The notes below the pieces were generated by a model. That model made no database searches, was not told the DNA's origin, and saw only the letters and a program-made list of their open reading frames with translations. The position numbers and the translations under genes were made by a program. Positions 1-7,677 of a stretch of DNA of 43,793 nucleotides are shown here, piece by piece. The stretch is taken from assembly GCA_049281755.1 (NCBI GenBank), contig JBAPSR010000073.1, forward strand, positions 1 to 43,793, read 5' to 3'. The DNA comes from Candidatus Binataceae bacterium (lineage in GTDB: Bacteria; Desulfobacterota; Binatia; Binatales; Binataceae). How positions within the stretch are numbered: the stretch's first letter is position 1; every line of letters starts with the position of its first letter.

Positions 1-390
1 ACCTGGAACGGCAGCCAATGCGTGAGCAGCAACAAACCGGGAGATCCCGACGGCTACCTGATGAATGATTGCCAGGCGGACAACAGCGCTATCTGTAGCT
101 GGGCGGTCAAGGACATCGACTACCCAGACTACTTTGTGTCAACTGTTGCACCGGGCGCCGCGAAGGCGGGCGGTGCTTACGGATTCTCGTTCACTCTGCC
201 AGCGGGATTCAAGGCTGAGGGACAAGGGCTGGCCGCTCGTCCGACACCGGTCTGCTTTCCAAACAACGCAAACTGGAATGTACCGATGGCAGATTCTAAA
301 AACGGCTCCGGCTGCCCGTCCAGTCCGCCGACTGCACCGCAATTTTGCACCAGCAGCAGCAACACCGAGTTGCCCGACAGCGAACCCTGA
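1..390 (+). CDS. 3' end of a Cys-rich protein of unknown function (5' end lies outside the window)
   Basis: Frame 1 is open from nt 1 to TGA 388-390. Codons are GC3-rich. The sequence is Cys/Pro/Ser-rich with no recognisable family motif. Confidence 0.4.
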   Translation, partial: TWNGSQCVSSNKPGDPDGYLMNDCQADNSAICSWAVKDIDYPDYFVSTVAPGAAKAGGAYGFSFTLPAGFKAEGQGLAARPTPVCFPNNANWNVPMADSKNGSGCPSSPPTAPQFCTSSSNTELPDSEP

Positions 391-506
391 ACCGCCAGCG
401 GCGCCGACTGGCAGAAATGGGATCGCGTGCTGCGCGACTTTCTGAAGCGCCTCGAATGAGGCGAATTTCAGCGCGCGATAATTCAAGCGCCGTTCGGAGA
501 ATCGTT

Positions 507-1724
507 ATGCCAGATAAAAACCGCGTCGCGTGTGACCTCCTGATTAAAAACGCCCGAGTCTTTGACGGCTCGTCGGTGCGAGAAGGACTCTGCAGCGTCG
601 CAGTCGCCGGCAACAGGATAACCTTCGTCGGCAATGCGACCGTCCCGGCTGCGCGGGAGATTGATGCGGGCGGACGATTTCTGATGCCCGGACTCATCGA
701 TTGTCACGTTCATCTTCTCAACATGTGGACCGCAAAAGATGAGGCGACGATGGCGGCCGATATCGAACATGAACTGCCGAAACGCCTGGGCGACTTCCTC
801 GCGGCGGGCGTGACGACGGTTAAATCGGTCGGGGACTCGCAAGAAGACATCCTGCGGGTGCGCACAATGCTCGCGAACGGAGACTTGACCGGCCCGCGCC
901 TGTTCGCGACCGGCGCCGCGTTCGCCGCGCCGGGCAGCCATCCTGCAACCACCATCTATGGTCAAAATCCGTGGGTCCGCGATCGCGCAACCATCGTGGC
1001 CGACTCGCCCGAGCGAGTGCGCGAAGCGGTGCGGCGCATGGCCGAGAAGAAGGTCGACGCGATCAAGATCGTTCATCAGGGCGGATGCAGGCACGGAGAA
1101 CCGTATTTTTTCAAAGCCGAAGCGCTGGGACTGAATGTCCAGATTCTCCGAATCGAGCGCGAAGTTCTGGGCGCAATAATAGACGAGGCGCACAGGCACA
1201 ACCTCAAAGCCACCGTGCATACCGTCGATCAAGAAGCCGCGATCGAGGCGCTCGAAGCCGGCGCGGACGGACTCGAACACGGAATCATGGAACACAAACT
1301 CAGTGACGACCGCGTGATCGAGTTGCTGCTGCGAAATCGCGCCTCCTACGTCCCCACGCTCTGGTTGCTCGGGTTTGAAGAGCAAGCTGCCGCGGTGAGA
1401 TATGCCAACCTTAAACGGATCTCAGAGGCGGGCGTGCGAATAGCACTCGGCACCGACAGCTTCTGCGGATTCGGCAAGTTCGGCGAAAACACGATCGTCG
1501 AAACCGAGCGCTCTGCAGCGGCGGGAATCGCGCCGCTGGCAATTCTGAAGATGGCCACCAAAGACGCCGCCGAGCATCTTGGGACGGACGCTATTGGAAC
1601 GATCGCGCCGGGAAAACTCGCAGACCTGATCCTGCTCGACGCAGACCCGTCCACCGACATCAGCGCTCTGCGCAAACTTCGGATGGTCATCAAAGACGGC
1701 GCAGTTCTTTCCGACAGGATGTGA
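507..1724 (+). CDS. metal-dependent amidohydrolase (amidohydrolase_1 superfamily, prolidase/imidazolonepropionase-like)
   Basis: ATG 507 lies 6 nt after GGAGA (496-500); the ORF track's 345 start is an Arg-rich extension. Motifs: 'PGLIDCHVHL' (HxH metal site), 'ALGTDS', C-terminal 'KLADLILLDADP'. Confidence 0.8.
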   Translation: MPDKNRVACDLLIKNARVFDGSSVREGLCSVAVAGNRITFVGNATVPAAREIDAGGRFLMPGLIDCHVHLLNMWTAKDEATMAADIEHELPKRLGDFLAAGVTTVKSVGDSQEDILRVRTMLANGDLTGPRLFATGAAFAAPGSHPATTIYGQNPWVRDRATIVADSPERVREAVRRMAEKKVDAIKIVHQGGCRHGEPYFFKAEALGLNVQILRIEREVLGAIIDEAHRHNLKATVHTVDQEAAIEALEAGADGLEHGIMEHKLSDDRVIELLLRNRASYVPTLWLLGFEEQAAAVRYANLKRISEAGVRIALGTDSFCGFGKFGENTIVETERSAAAGIAPLAILKMATKDAAEHLGTDAIGTIAPGKLADLILLDADPSTDISALRKLRMVIKDGAVLSDRM

Positions 1725-1729
1725 TTCGC

Positions 1730-4237
1730 CTAGGACCGCGGCGTGACTTTGGCGCGCCAAAGTAGGCCTTTGGTCTCGCACTTTCGCATCGCGTCGAAGA
1801 GATTGACGCCGGCGGGGAGCGTCTGGAAGCCGACGATCCAGAGCTCATCCTGATTTGCGCCCGCCAATGCGCATGCGACAGGTTGGCCGCCCGGGGTGAC
1901 GATGCGCGCCGTCAGTCGGCCCGCGGAATCGTAACGCATGACGCCCTCGTCACCCATCGGGCAGCACGCCCAGACGCCGCCGGCGCGATCGCCCGTCATG
2001 CCGTCAGTTGTAAGACCTACGAACGGCCGGGGTTCACTGAGATCTCCTTCGAGCGAGATTCGGCATTGCACGACGCGGCCCGTCATCGTCTCGGCGAGGT
2101 AGAGCATCTGGCCATCCGGGGAGATAACCAGACCGTTAGGGAACAGCAGATTCTCCAGCACAACTTTGAAGCGGCCCGGTCCGTCGACGCGAATCAGCCT
2201 TCCTTTCTTCTGCGCCGGCGCCTCTCCATGAAAGACTCGCGCTCCGATATCGTCGACATACAGCCGGCCGTGAGCGTCGACGACGACATCGCCCAGGTAG
2301 CCCGTAACGATCGAACTGAGGTCGGCATATTCCTCGAGCGCCTGCCCATTGGTCACGTAGAGCTTGGCGTCGAACATCGAGGTGATAACCAGACGGCCAT
2401 CTGGCAGGACGCCCAAGCCGTTGGGCTGCTGCGGCATTTCGAACATCGTCTTCAGGCTTGATGTCTTCGTATCGAACTCGAGGACCTTGCGCCCGATCAT
2501 GTCGGAGAAGACCAGGCGGTCGCCGATCGCGCGGAGCCCTTCGCCGAAGAGGAAGCCTCCGGCAACGCGCTCGGCAATTGCCACCTCTACTTTTCGCTCT
2601 GGCATCAGCACACCCGTGACACGATCGAGGATCGCGTCCGGATTCGAGGGTTCTTCCTTCGAGCGCCATGCGACGTGTTGATCGGGGCGCACCAGCACCA
2701 GGTCGTACCCCTCATATTTCTTGACCGCCTCGGCTTCAGGAACGTCGAGCACGGTCATCGGGATACGGCGCGATTCGGCCTCGACGACGAGTGCGCGGCC
2801 GCTCGGCGGATGCGCTCCGACGCGCAACAGGGTGAACGCGGGACCGAGCTGATCAAAGATCGATTGGCCGTCCGCGCGCCAGATATGCGGCAGCCGGACG
2901 CCGGGCCATGAGGTCTCGACATACTTCTCGACCGAGAACGGCGGCGGCTCGGTTCCATCCTGATCGATAACCGGTGAGTTGGCGTAGTAGTAGCCGAGCT
3001 GGAAGCCGGGGCAATCGAATTCGTTGACCGTCAGTTCCCAGATCTTCTGGCCGAATTCCTTTCGCGCCGCCTCGCTCGCTTCGAGCTGTGCAAGACATTC
3101 GGCGCTTTCTTTGCTGACCCAGGCGAAAGCGTGCATCCATTTGACCGCCTGCGAGGCGACCTTCTCGCCAATCGGAGCGCGCTCGATCTCGTAGCTGTCG
3201 AGAATCTTCGGGTCGAGCCATCCTTGCGCCACGCCGGCGATACGCCAGCCGACCGCGATCGCGTCGGCGACGCCGGCGTTCATGCCGAAACCTCCCATCG
3301 GAATCCAGATATGCGCGGCGTCGCCGGCGAGGAAGACTCGACGCTCGCGGAATTTGTTCGCGAGCATCGCCCGCGGGATCCAGCGTGCCTGGCCGACGAT
3401 CTCGTATTTGAATGGCTGCCCGATCATCCGGAACATCGCCGGCTCAGGATCGAACGTTGCCAAATCCTCGCCGCGCGGAACCGTGGTGTGCAGGAGCCAC
3501 AAATCTTCGCCATCGATCGCGATCAGCACACCGCCGCCCGCCGCGCGATACATCCATCCGGGCATCCTGGCGCAGAGCTTCTTGATGTCCGGTGAACGTA
3601 CGAAGGTCGAGCAATTGCGGCCGAGCTCCGGGATACCTTCCAGGCGTGCGCCGATGTCGCGGCGGACGATGCTGTTGGAGCCGTCGGCGCCCACCAGGTA
3701 CTGCGCGCGAAACGTAGTCTCCTCGCCGGTTTCGACCTCCCGCGCCGTAGCACTGACGCCGGTCGCGTCCTGCGTCATCGAGAGGTATTCCCATCCTTCG
3801 CGCAGATCGACGCCGTGCGCCTCGACCGCGTGCTTGCGCAAGACCGGCTCTACATAGAGCTGCGAGATGAAATGCTGCGGCTCGGGAGTCGGCCAATCCG
3901 AGGCGATGCCTTTGGCGGTTCCGCTTTTGTAATCGGCCGGAGTTGCGCGACGGTAGCGCGTTAATTCATGACCGCTCAGACTGGTCATATAGATGACGTC
4001 GGTATTGTAGTCGGGCGGCAATCCGGCGGCGCGCACCGCGTCGGCGCATCCCAGGCGGCGGAAAATCTCCATCGAGCGCGCATTGGTGGTGTTGCAGCGC
4101 GGGTTTGGCGGAATCTGCCGGCGCCGCTCCAGCACGATGCTTTTAATCCCGCGCAGCGCGAGATCCATGCTCAGAGTGACGCCAACCGGGCCGCCGCCGG
4201 CGATCAGTACAGGGATCTCTGTGATGCTACCGCTCAT
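1730..4237 (-). CDS. fusion protein: group-A FAD aromatic-ring monooxygenase (N-terminal ~540 aa) + SMP-30/gluconolactonase/LRE-like beta-propeller (C-terminal ~280 aa)
   Basis: 835-aa ORF starting at ATG 4237. N-terminal motifs: 'IAGGGPVGV' (GxGxxG), 'GADGSNSIVR', 'GDAAH'. C-terminal propeller-type repeats: 'PNGLGVLPDGRL', 'GDVVVDAHGRLYV', 'FPNGLVISPDGQMLYLAE'. Confidence 0.8.
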   Translation of the reverse strand: MSGSITEIPVLIAGGGPVGVTLSMDLALRGIKSIVLERRRQIPPNPRCNTTNARSMEIFRRLGCADAVRAAGLPPDYNTDVIYMTSLSGHELTRYRRATPADYKSGTAKGIASDWPTPEPQHFISQLYVEPVLRKHAVEAHGVDLREGWEYLSMTQDATGVSATAREVETGEETTFRAQYLVGADGSNSIVRRDIGARLEGIPELGRNCSTFVRSPDIKKLCARMPGWMYRAAGGGVLIAIDGEDLWLLHTTVPRGEDLATFDPEPAMFRMIGQPFKYEIVGQARWIPRAMLANKFRERRVFLAGDAAHIWIPMGGFGMNAGVADAIAVGWRIAGVAQGWLDPKILDSYEIERAPIGEKVASQAVKWMHAFAWVSKESAECLAQLEASEAARKEFGQKIWELTVNEFDCPGFQLGYYYANSPVIDQDGTEPPPFSVEKYVETSWPGVRLPHIWRADGQSIFDQLGPAFTLLRVGAHPPSGRALVVEAESRRIPMTVLDVPEAEAVKKYEGYDLVLVRPDQHVAWRSKEEPSNPDAILDRVTGVLMPERKVEVAIAERVAGGFLFGEGLRAIGDRLVFSDMIGRKVLEFDTKTSSLKTMFEMPQQPNGLGVLPDGRLVITSMFDAKLYVTNGQALEEYADLSSIVTGYLGDVVVDAHGRLYVDDIGARVFHGEAPAQKKGRLIRVDGPGRFKVVLENLLFPNGLVISPDGQMLYLAETMTGRVVQCRISLEGDLSEPRPFVGLTTDGMTGDRAGGVWACCPMGDEGVMRYDSAGRLTARIVTPGGQPVACALAGANQDELWIVGFQTLPAGVNLFDAMRKCETKGLLWRAKVTPRS

Positions 4238-4405
4238 GTCGTGTTCTCAATTCGCTTGTTGCAACGAGCCGCAACGGACCTTCCCTCTGAGATCGATCGT
4301 ACTGCTATCCTGCGCCACTTCTAATCCCGCGCCAAATCGCGCCGGCATTTCTCCAGTCTCGAATCGTTAGTATCCTGTCAGACGGCCCAGGGAGCTGCGA
4401 CGACG

Positions 4406-4792
4406 ATGAGCAGTGATGATGGAATTCCAGATCATCCGACCATAAACCCTCAGTTTGACCGGATGAAAGCAGGAGAAGCCGCGCGCGACCCGCGCCGGCC
4501 CGGCGAGAAGTGTCGCGCCGAGCGCAATACATATGAGCCGAGGATCGACCGGGCGCGCTGCGAAGCGAAAGCGGAGTGTGTCGCCGTGTGTCCATACGGG
4601 GTCTTCGAGGTACGCCGAATCGACGATCAGGACTTTCGGGGCCTGTCGTTCTTCGGGCGACTGAAAAGCCGCGCTCACGGAAAGCTCACCGCCTACACTC
4701 CGCGCGCCGATGCCTGCCAAGCCTGCGGGCTTTGCGTAGTCGCCTGCCCAGAGGGAGCCATCACACTGATGCCACGAGCCCAGCAGTCGTGA
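4406..4792 (+). CDS. 4Fe-4S ferredoxin-type iron-sulfur protein
   Basis: Canonical 'CQACGLCVVACP' (CxxCxxCxxxCP) plus an atypical 'CEAKAECVAVCP' motif; 8 Cys in total. AGGGAG lies upstream of ATG 4406. The gene is divergent from the monooxygenase fusion. Confidence 0.7.
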   Translation: MSSDDGIPDHPTINPQFDRMKAGEAARDPRRPGEKCRAERNTYEPRIDRARCEAKAECVAVCPYGVFEVRRIDDQDFRGLSFFGRLKSRAHGKLTAYTPRADACQACGLCVVACPEGAITLMPRAQQS

Positions 4793-5012
4793 TTCGGCAA
4801 CCAGATCTCAACGTGTGATAAACCGGCAGTTACATGAACCACTCAGAGCGCGTGGATCGCACCGCAGCAGGAATACACCGCGCGGTTCCTGAAAAGCTTG
4901 CGTTTCTGTTCCACGAACTCAACATTTCTCCGTCTGATCTCTCCTGTTTGATCGGGCCAGCACGTTGCGGAGCTTTTTTCACGCCAAGGATCGAATGCGG
5001 ATCTACGATGCG

Positions 5013-5105
5013 AGCCAATGATTGATAAGGGCAACCTGTTCATGGCATTAGGAGCAGTCTCGGATCTCGCGGCGGAGGGCATCTCGAGAGCGATGAGTGC
5101 GTCAG
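5013..5105. repeat. left copy of a ~93-nt imperfect direct repeat (partner 7583-7677)
   Basis: Hand alignment: the first 38 nt match 31/38 (AGCCAATsATTGATA...GTTCrTGGCATTA). A 9/9 GCGGCGGAG block follows. The last 28 nt match 21/28 and include ATGAGyGCrTCAG (ATG plus codons S-A-S). Confidence 0.8.
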
Positions 5106-5112
5106 GGCGAAT

Positions 5113-5913
5113 ATGATTCTCGACTGGATCTACAACAACCCAACCTGGCTGTGGGGGACGATCCTGGTCGTGCTCTTCACCGCGGCCGCGTGCGGCGGAC
5201 TGATGATCTTTCATCGATTGGTACACGTCAATTTGCGCAGGGCGCACAACGATCTTGCCGGATTCACCATTGCCATCATCAGTGTGCTGTACGCGGTGCT
5301 GCTGGCCTTTATCGCGATCGCCACGTGGGAATCTTTCGCGCGGGCATCCGATATCGTAGAGAACGAATCGGACTACGCTGGCGGCATGTACCTCGACACG
5401 GCGGGCTTGCCGAATGCCAAGGGCCAGGAGATTCGCGACGCGCTGGTAAAGTACGTCGAGGTGGTTATCGACGTGGAGTGGCCGATCCAGCGCGAGGGCA
5501 AGACGCCCGACCAGGGATGGAAGCCGCTGCGTGACCTCGCGACGGCGATCGCGACGATACATCCGCAAAATTCCGGCGAAGCGGTGATCGAGGCGGAGCT
5601 GCTCAAGTCATGGAACGAGCTCTACGACGCGCGCAGCGCGCGGCTGTCGGCAGTCCAGGGACATATTCCGGGCGTGATCTGGTGCATCGTCTTTTTCGGC
5701 GCGGCGATCACGACCGGCTATACCTACCTGTTCGGTTTCGAAAACTTCGGCATGCATCTGGCGATGACCGCCACGGTCGCGGCGACACTCGCGATGGTCA
5801 TAGTGATGATCATCGCTCTCGACTGGCCATTCCGCGGCGAGATCAGCGTCTCGGCCGATCCGTTCGTCATGACTCAACAGTCGTGGGCCGTCGCGCCAAT
5901 CAACCAGAAATAA
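5113..5913 (+). CDS. DUF4239-like (bestrophin-like) integral membrane protein
   Basis: 266-aa ORF with two N-terminal and two or three C-terminal hydrophobic helices flanking a soluble middle. The N-terminal 'LWGTILVVLFTAAACGGLMIF...FTIAIISVLYAVLLAFIAIATWE' pattern resembles DUF4239, judged from memory. The start ATG overlaps the stop of a 7-codon uORF. Confidence 0.6.
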   Translation: MILDWIYNNPTWLWGTILVVLFTAAACGGLMIFHRLVHVNLRRAHNDLAGFTIAIISVLYAVLLAFIAIATWESFARASDIVENESDYAGGMYLDTAGLPNAKGQEIRDALVKYVEVVIDVEWPIQREGKTPDQGWKPLRDLATAIATIHPQNSGEAVIEAELLKSWNELYDARSARLSAVQGHIPGVIWCIVFFGAAITTGYTYLFGFENFGMHLAMTATVAATLAMVIVMIIALDWPFRGEISVSADPFVMTQQSWAVAPINQK

Positions 5914-5980
5914 AACACGAACCGCCGTTCAGCTTCCCGTGTCCTCCATGGTATACCGAAAAAGTCGTGAGGCGGCGCAA

Positions 5981-6904
5981 ATGTCCGAAAGTTCGTATAT
6001 CGTACAACTGTCCGATGCGTTCGACTGGATGGCGGATCGACAAACCGCTTCTATTCACGCGATCGTCACCGATCCGCCGTATGGCCTGAAAGAGTACACC
6101 GACATCGAAAAACGAAAACTCCGCCAAGGTCAAGGCGGCGTTTGGCGAATCCCGCCAGCATTCGACGGCTGCAAACGCAGCCCACTTCCGAGATTCACCG
6201 TGCTTGACGGCGCAGATCGCGGGGCGTTAAGAACTTTTTTCGAGCGCTTTGCTAAAGGCGCGATGCGCGTCCTGGTTCCGGGCGGCCACATCTTCATCGC
6301 CACCAACCCGCTACTCTCGCACTTGGTCTACTTGCCCATGATAGAAGCCGGCTTTGAGAAGCGGGGCGAGATCATCCGACTTGTTCAAACTCTTCGGGGC
6401 GGGGACCGGCCCAAAAATGCGCATGTGGAGTTTAGCCAGGTTTCAGTAATGCCACGGTCCGGGTGGGAACCGTGGGGGCTTTTCCGCAAGCCTTGCGAAG
6501 GACGAGTACAGGATAACTTGCGCAAGTGGAAAACGGGCGGCCTTCGCCGCATTTCGTCACTTCAGCCTTTCAGCGATGTAATCCAGTCATCGCCTACTCG
6601 CGCTGAAGAGAGAGCCATCGCGGACCACCCTTCGCTGAAACCTCAAAACTTTATGCGGCAGATCGTGCGCGCCTCGCTTCCGCTCGGGTGCGGCGTGCTA
6701 CTGGATCCATTCATGGGCGCGGGCTCGACGATCGCTGCGGCCATGGCAGTTGGATACGACAGCATCGGTTTGGAACTTGATCCCAGCTATTTCAGGATCG
6801 CGCAGCGCGCGATTCCACAACTTGTGCAATTGCAGGGCACTGGAACGATTCGCAAGAAAAATGAGCGCTTACAATTGGATTCCAGCGACCTTTTCCAGCT
6901 ATGA
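5981..6904 (+). CDS. beta-class DNA methyltransferase (N6-adenine or N4-cytosine; DPPY type)
   Basis: 'IVTDPPYGL' (motif IV) is near the N-terminus and 'LLDPFMGAGSTIAAA' (motif I, FxGxG) near the C-terminus, giving beta-class order. ATG 5981 lies 8 nt after GAGG; the ORF-track start 5939 is less likely. Confidence 0.85.
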   Translation: MSESSYIVQLSDAFDWMADRQTASIHAIVTDPPYGLKEYTDIEKRKLRQGQGGVWRIPPAFDGCKRSPLPRFTVLDGADRGALRTFFERFAKGAMRVLVPGGHIFIATNPLLSHLVYLPMIEAGFEKRGEIIRLVQTLRGGDRPKNAHVEFSQVSVMPRSGWEPWGLFRKPCEGRVQDNLRKWKTGGLRRISSLQPFSDVIQSSPTRAEERAIADHPSLKPQNFMRQIVRASLPLGCGVLLDPFMGAGSTIAAAMAVGYDSIGLELDPSYFRIAQRAIPQLVQLQGTGTIRKKNERLQLDSSDLFQL

Positions 6905-6913
6905 GCCTAGAGC

Positions 6914-7516
6914 GTGGCGGTTGTTAGGAACAAAGTTGATCGGGACAGGTTCAATCCTGATGCGGCGCTGCTCTACGAATTGCGTCGCGAGGATTTTGCG
7001 CTGGCGATGCAGGATGTCTACGATTTTTTCTATGACGTGAACCGGCTATTGACGTCAAAGGGACTGACTCGTTTCGATGACATGCTCAGGCCAGCGAATA
7101 TGTCCGGAATGCTCTCCGACATGCTAACGGCCAGTTTGTCAAAGCACTCTCGAACTTTGACCCAGAATACCTACTTCAACGGACATCCAGACCTGATCGT
7201 CAACGGCGTCTATCCGCATAATTCCGTGAAAGCTGGAATTGAAGGAATCGAGATCAAGAGCACTCGCAAATCGGGCGGCGCGGTTGACACTCATGGCGCA
7301 CGCGATCAATGGATGTGCAGCTTCGTTTATCGCGTTGATTGCCAAACCGAGCCTGCCCACGATCGCGCACCCATGGCGTTCACGGAAGTATATTTAGCAA
7401 AGGTCACTGAGGCCGACTTTCGGGACAACCCTAGGGGCAAGCTCGGCACGCGTACATCGACACTCCACAGGCTCGGGATTGCAAAGCTCCGAGTAAACTG
7501 GGTCTATCGACTCTAG
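6914..7516 (+). CDS. putative type II restriction endonuclease (PD-(D/E)XK fold), family not recognised
   Basis: GTG 6914 lies 10 nt after the methyltransferase stop. 'GHPDLIV' (D93) and 'GIEIKST' (E113-x-K115), 20 residues apart, fit the PD...(D/E)xK motif. About 50% GC in a hand-counted 100-nt sample, versus about 65% in the adjacent ACAD gene. Confidence 0.6.
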   Translation: MAVVRNKVDRDRFNPDAALLYELRREDFALAMQDVYDFFYDVNRLLTSKGLTRFDDMLRPANMSGMLSDMLTASLSKHSRTLTQNTYFNGHPDLIVNGVYPHNSVKAGIEGIEIKSTRKSGGAVDTHGARDQWMCSFVYRVDCQTEPAHDRAPMAFTEVYLAKVTEADFRDNPRGKLGTRTSTLHRLGIAKLRVNWVYRL

Positions 7517-7582
7517 GCGCGGCAGTAACCTGATAAAGAGCAAAACAAGCACAAAGCCCACCAAGCCCCGATAACCCGTGTC

Positions 7583-7677
7583 AGCCAATCATTGATAGCC
7601 GCGACCCGTTCGTGGCATTACACGATCATTCCTGCATCTGGCGGCGGAGAGCATTTCAAAACCGATGAGCGCATCAG
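7583..7677. repeat. right copy of the ~93-nt imperfect direct repeat (partner 5013-5105); includes the native 5' UTR and first 4 codons of the ACAD gene
   Basis: See the left copy. The offset is 2570 nt at the left edge and 2572 nt at the right edge, due to a 2-nt indel in the middle block. Confidence 0.8.

Noticed and set aside
442-471. Imperfect hairpin (CTGAA/TTCAG plus CGCCTC/GAGGCG) about 50 nt after the first partial ORF.
   Set aside because: It has an interrupted stem with an asymmetric internal loop, no U-run and no conservation evidence. It is indistinguishable from chance structure in GC-rich DNA.
345-506. 5' extensions of ORF-track entries. Examples: 345 for the amidohydrolase, 21534 for the cupredoxin, 25987 for DUF1460, 36116 for the AKR, 34625 for amidohydrolase_2, 42570 for DksA, 42215 for LarC.
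   Set aside because: The extensions are Arg/Ser-rich, overlap neighbouring genes or lie antisense to them. Internal ATGs are preceded by GGAG-type RBSs and begin at the conserved family N-termini.
4834-5025. 63-aa ORF with a vaguely HTH-like stretch (ELNISPSDLSCLIG) between the ferredoxin and DUF4239 genes.
   Set aside because: It has no RBS, is too short and degenerate for an XRE domain, and runs into the left direct repeat. It is probably non-coding.
5022-5051. TTGATA-N17/18-CATTA(G/C), conserved in both repeat copies (also 7592-7621), considered as a sigma-70 promoter.
   Set aside because: The -35 box is good, but the -10 candidate matches TATAAT at only 3/6. Conservation is already explained by the duplication. 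It is kept as a possibility only, not called as a feature.
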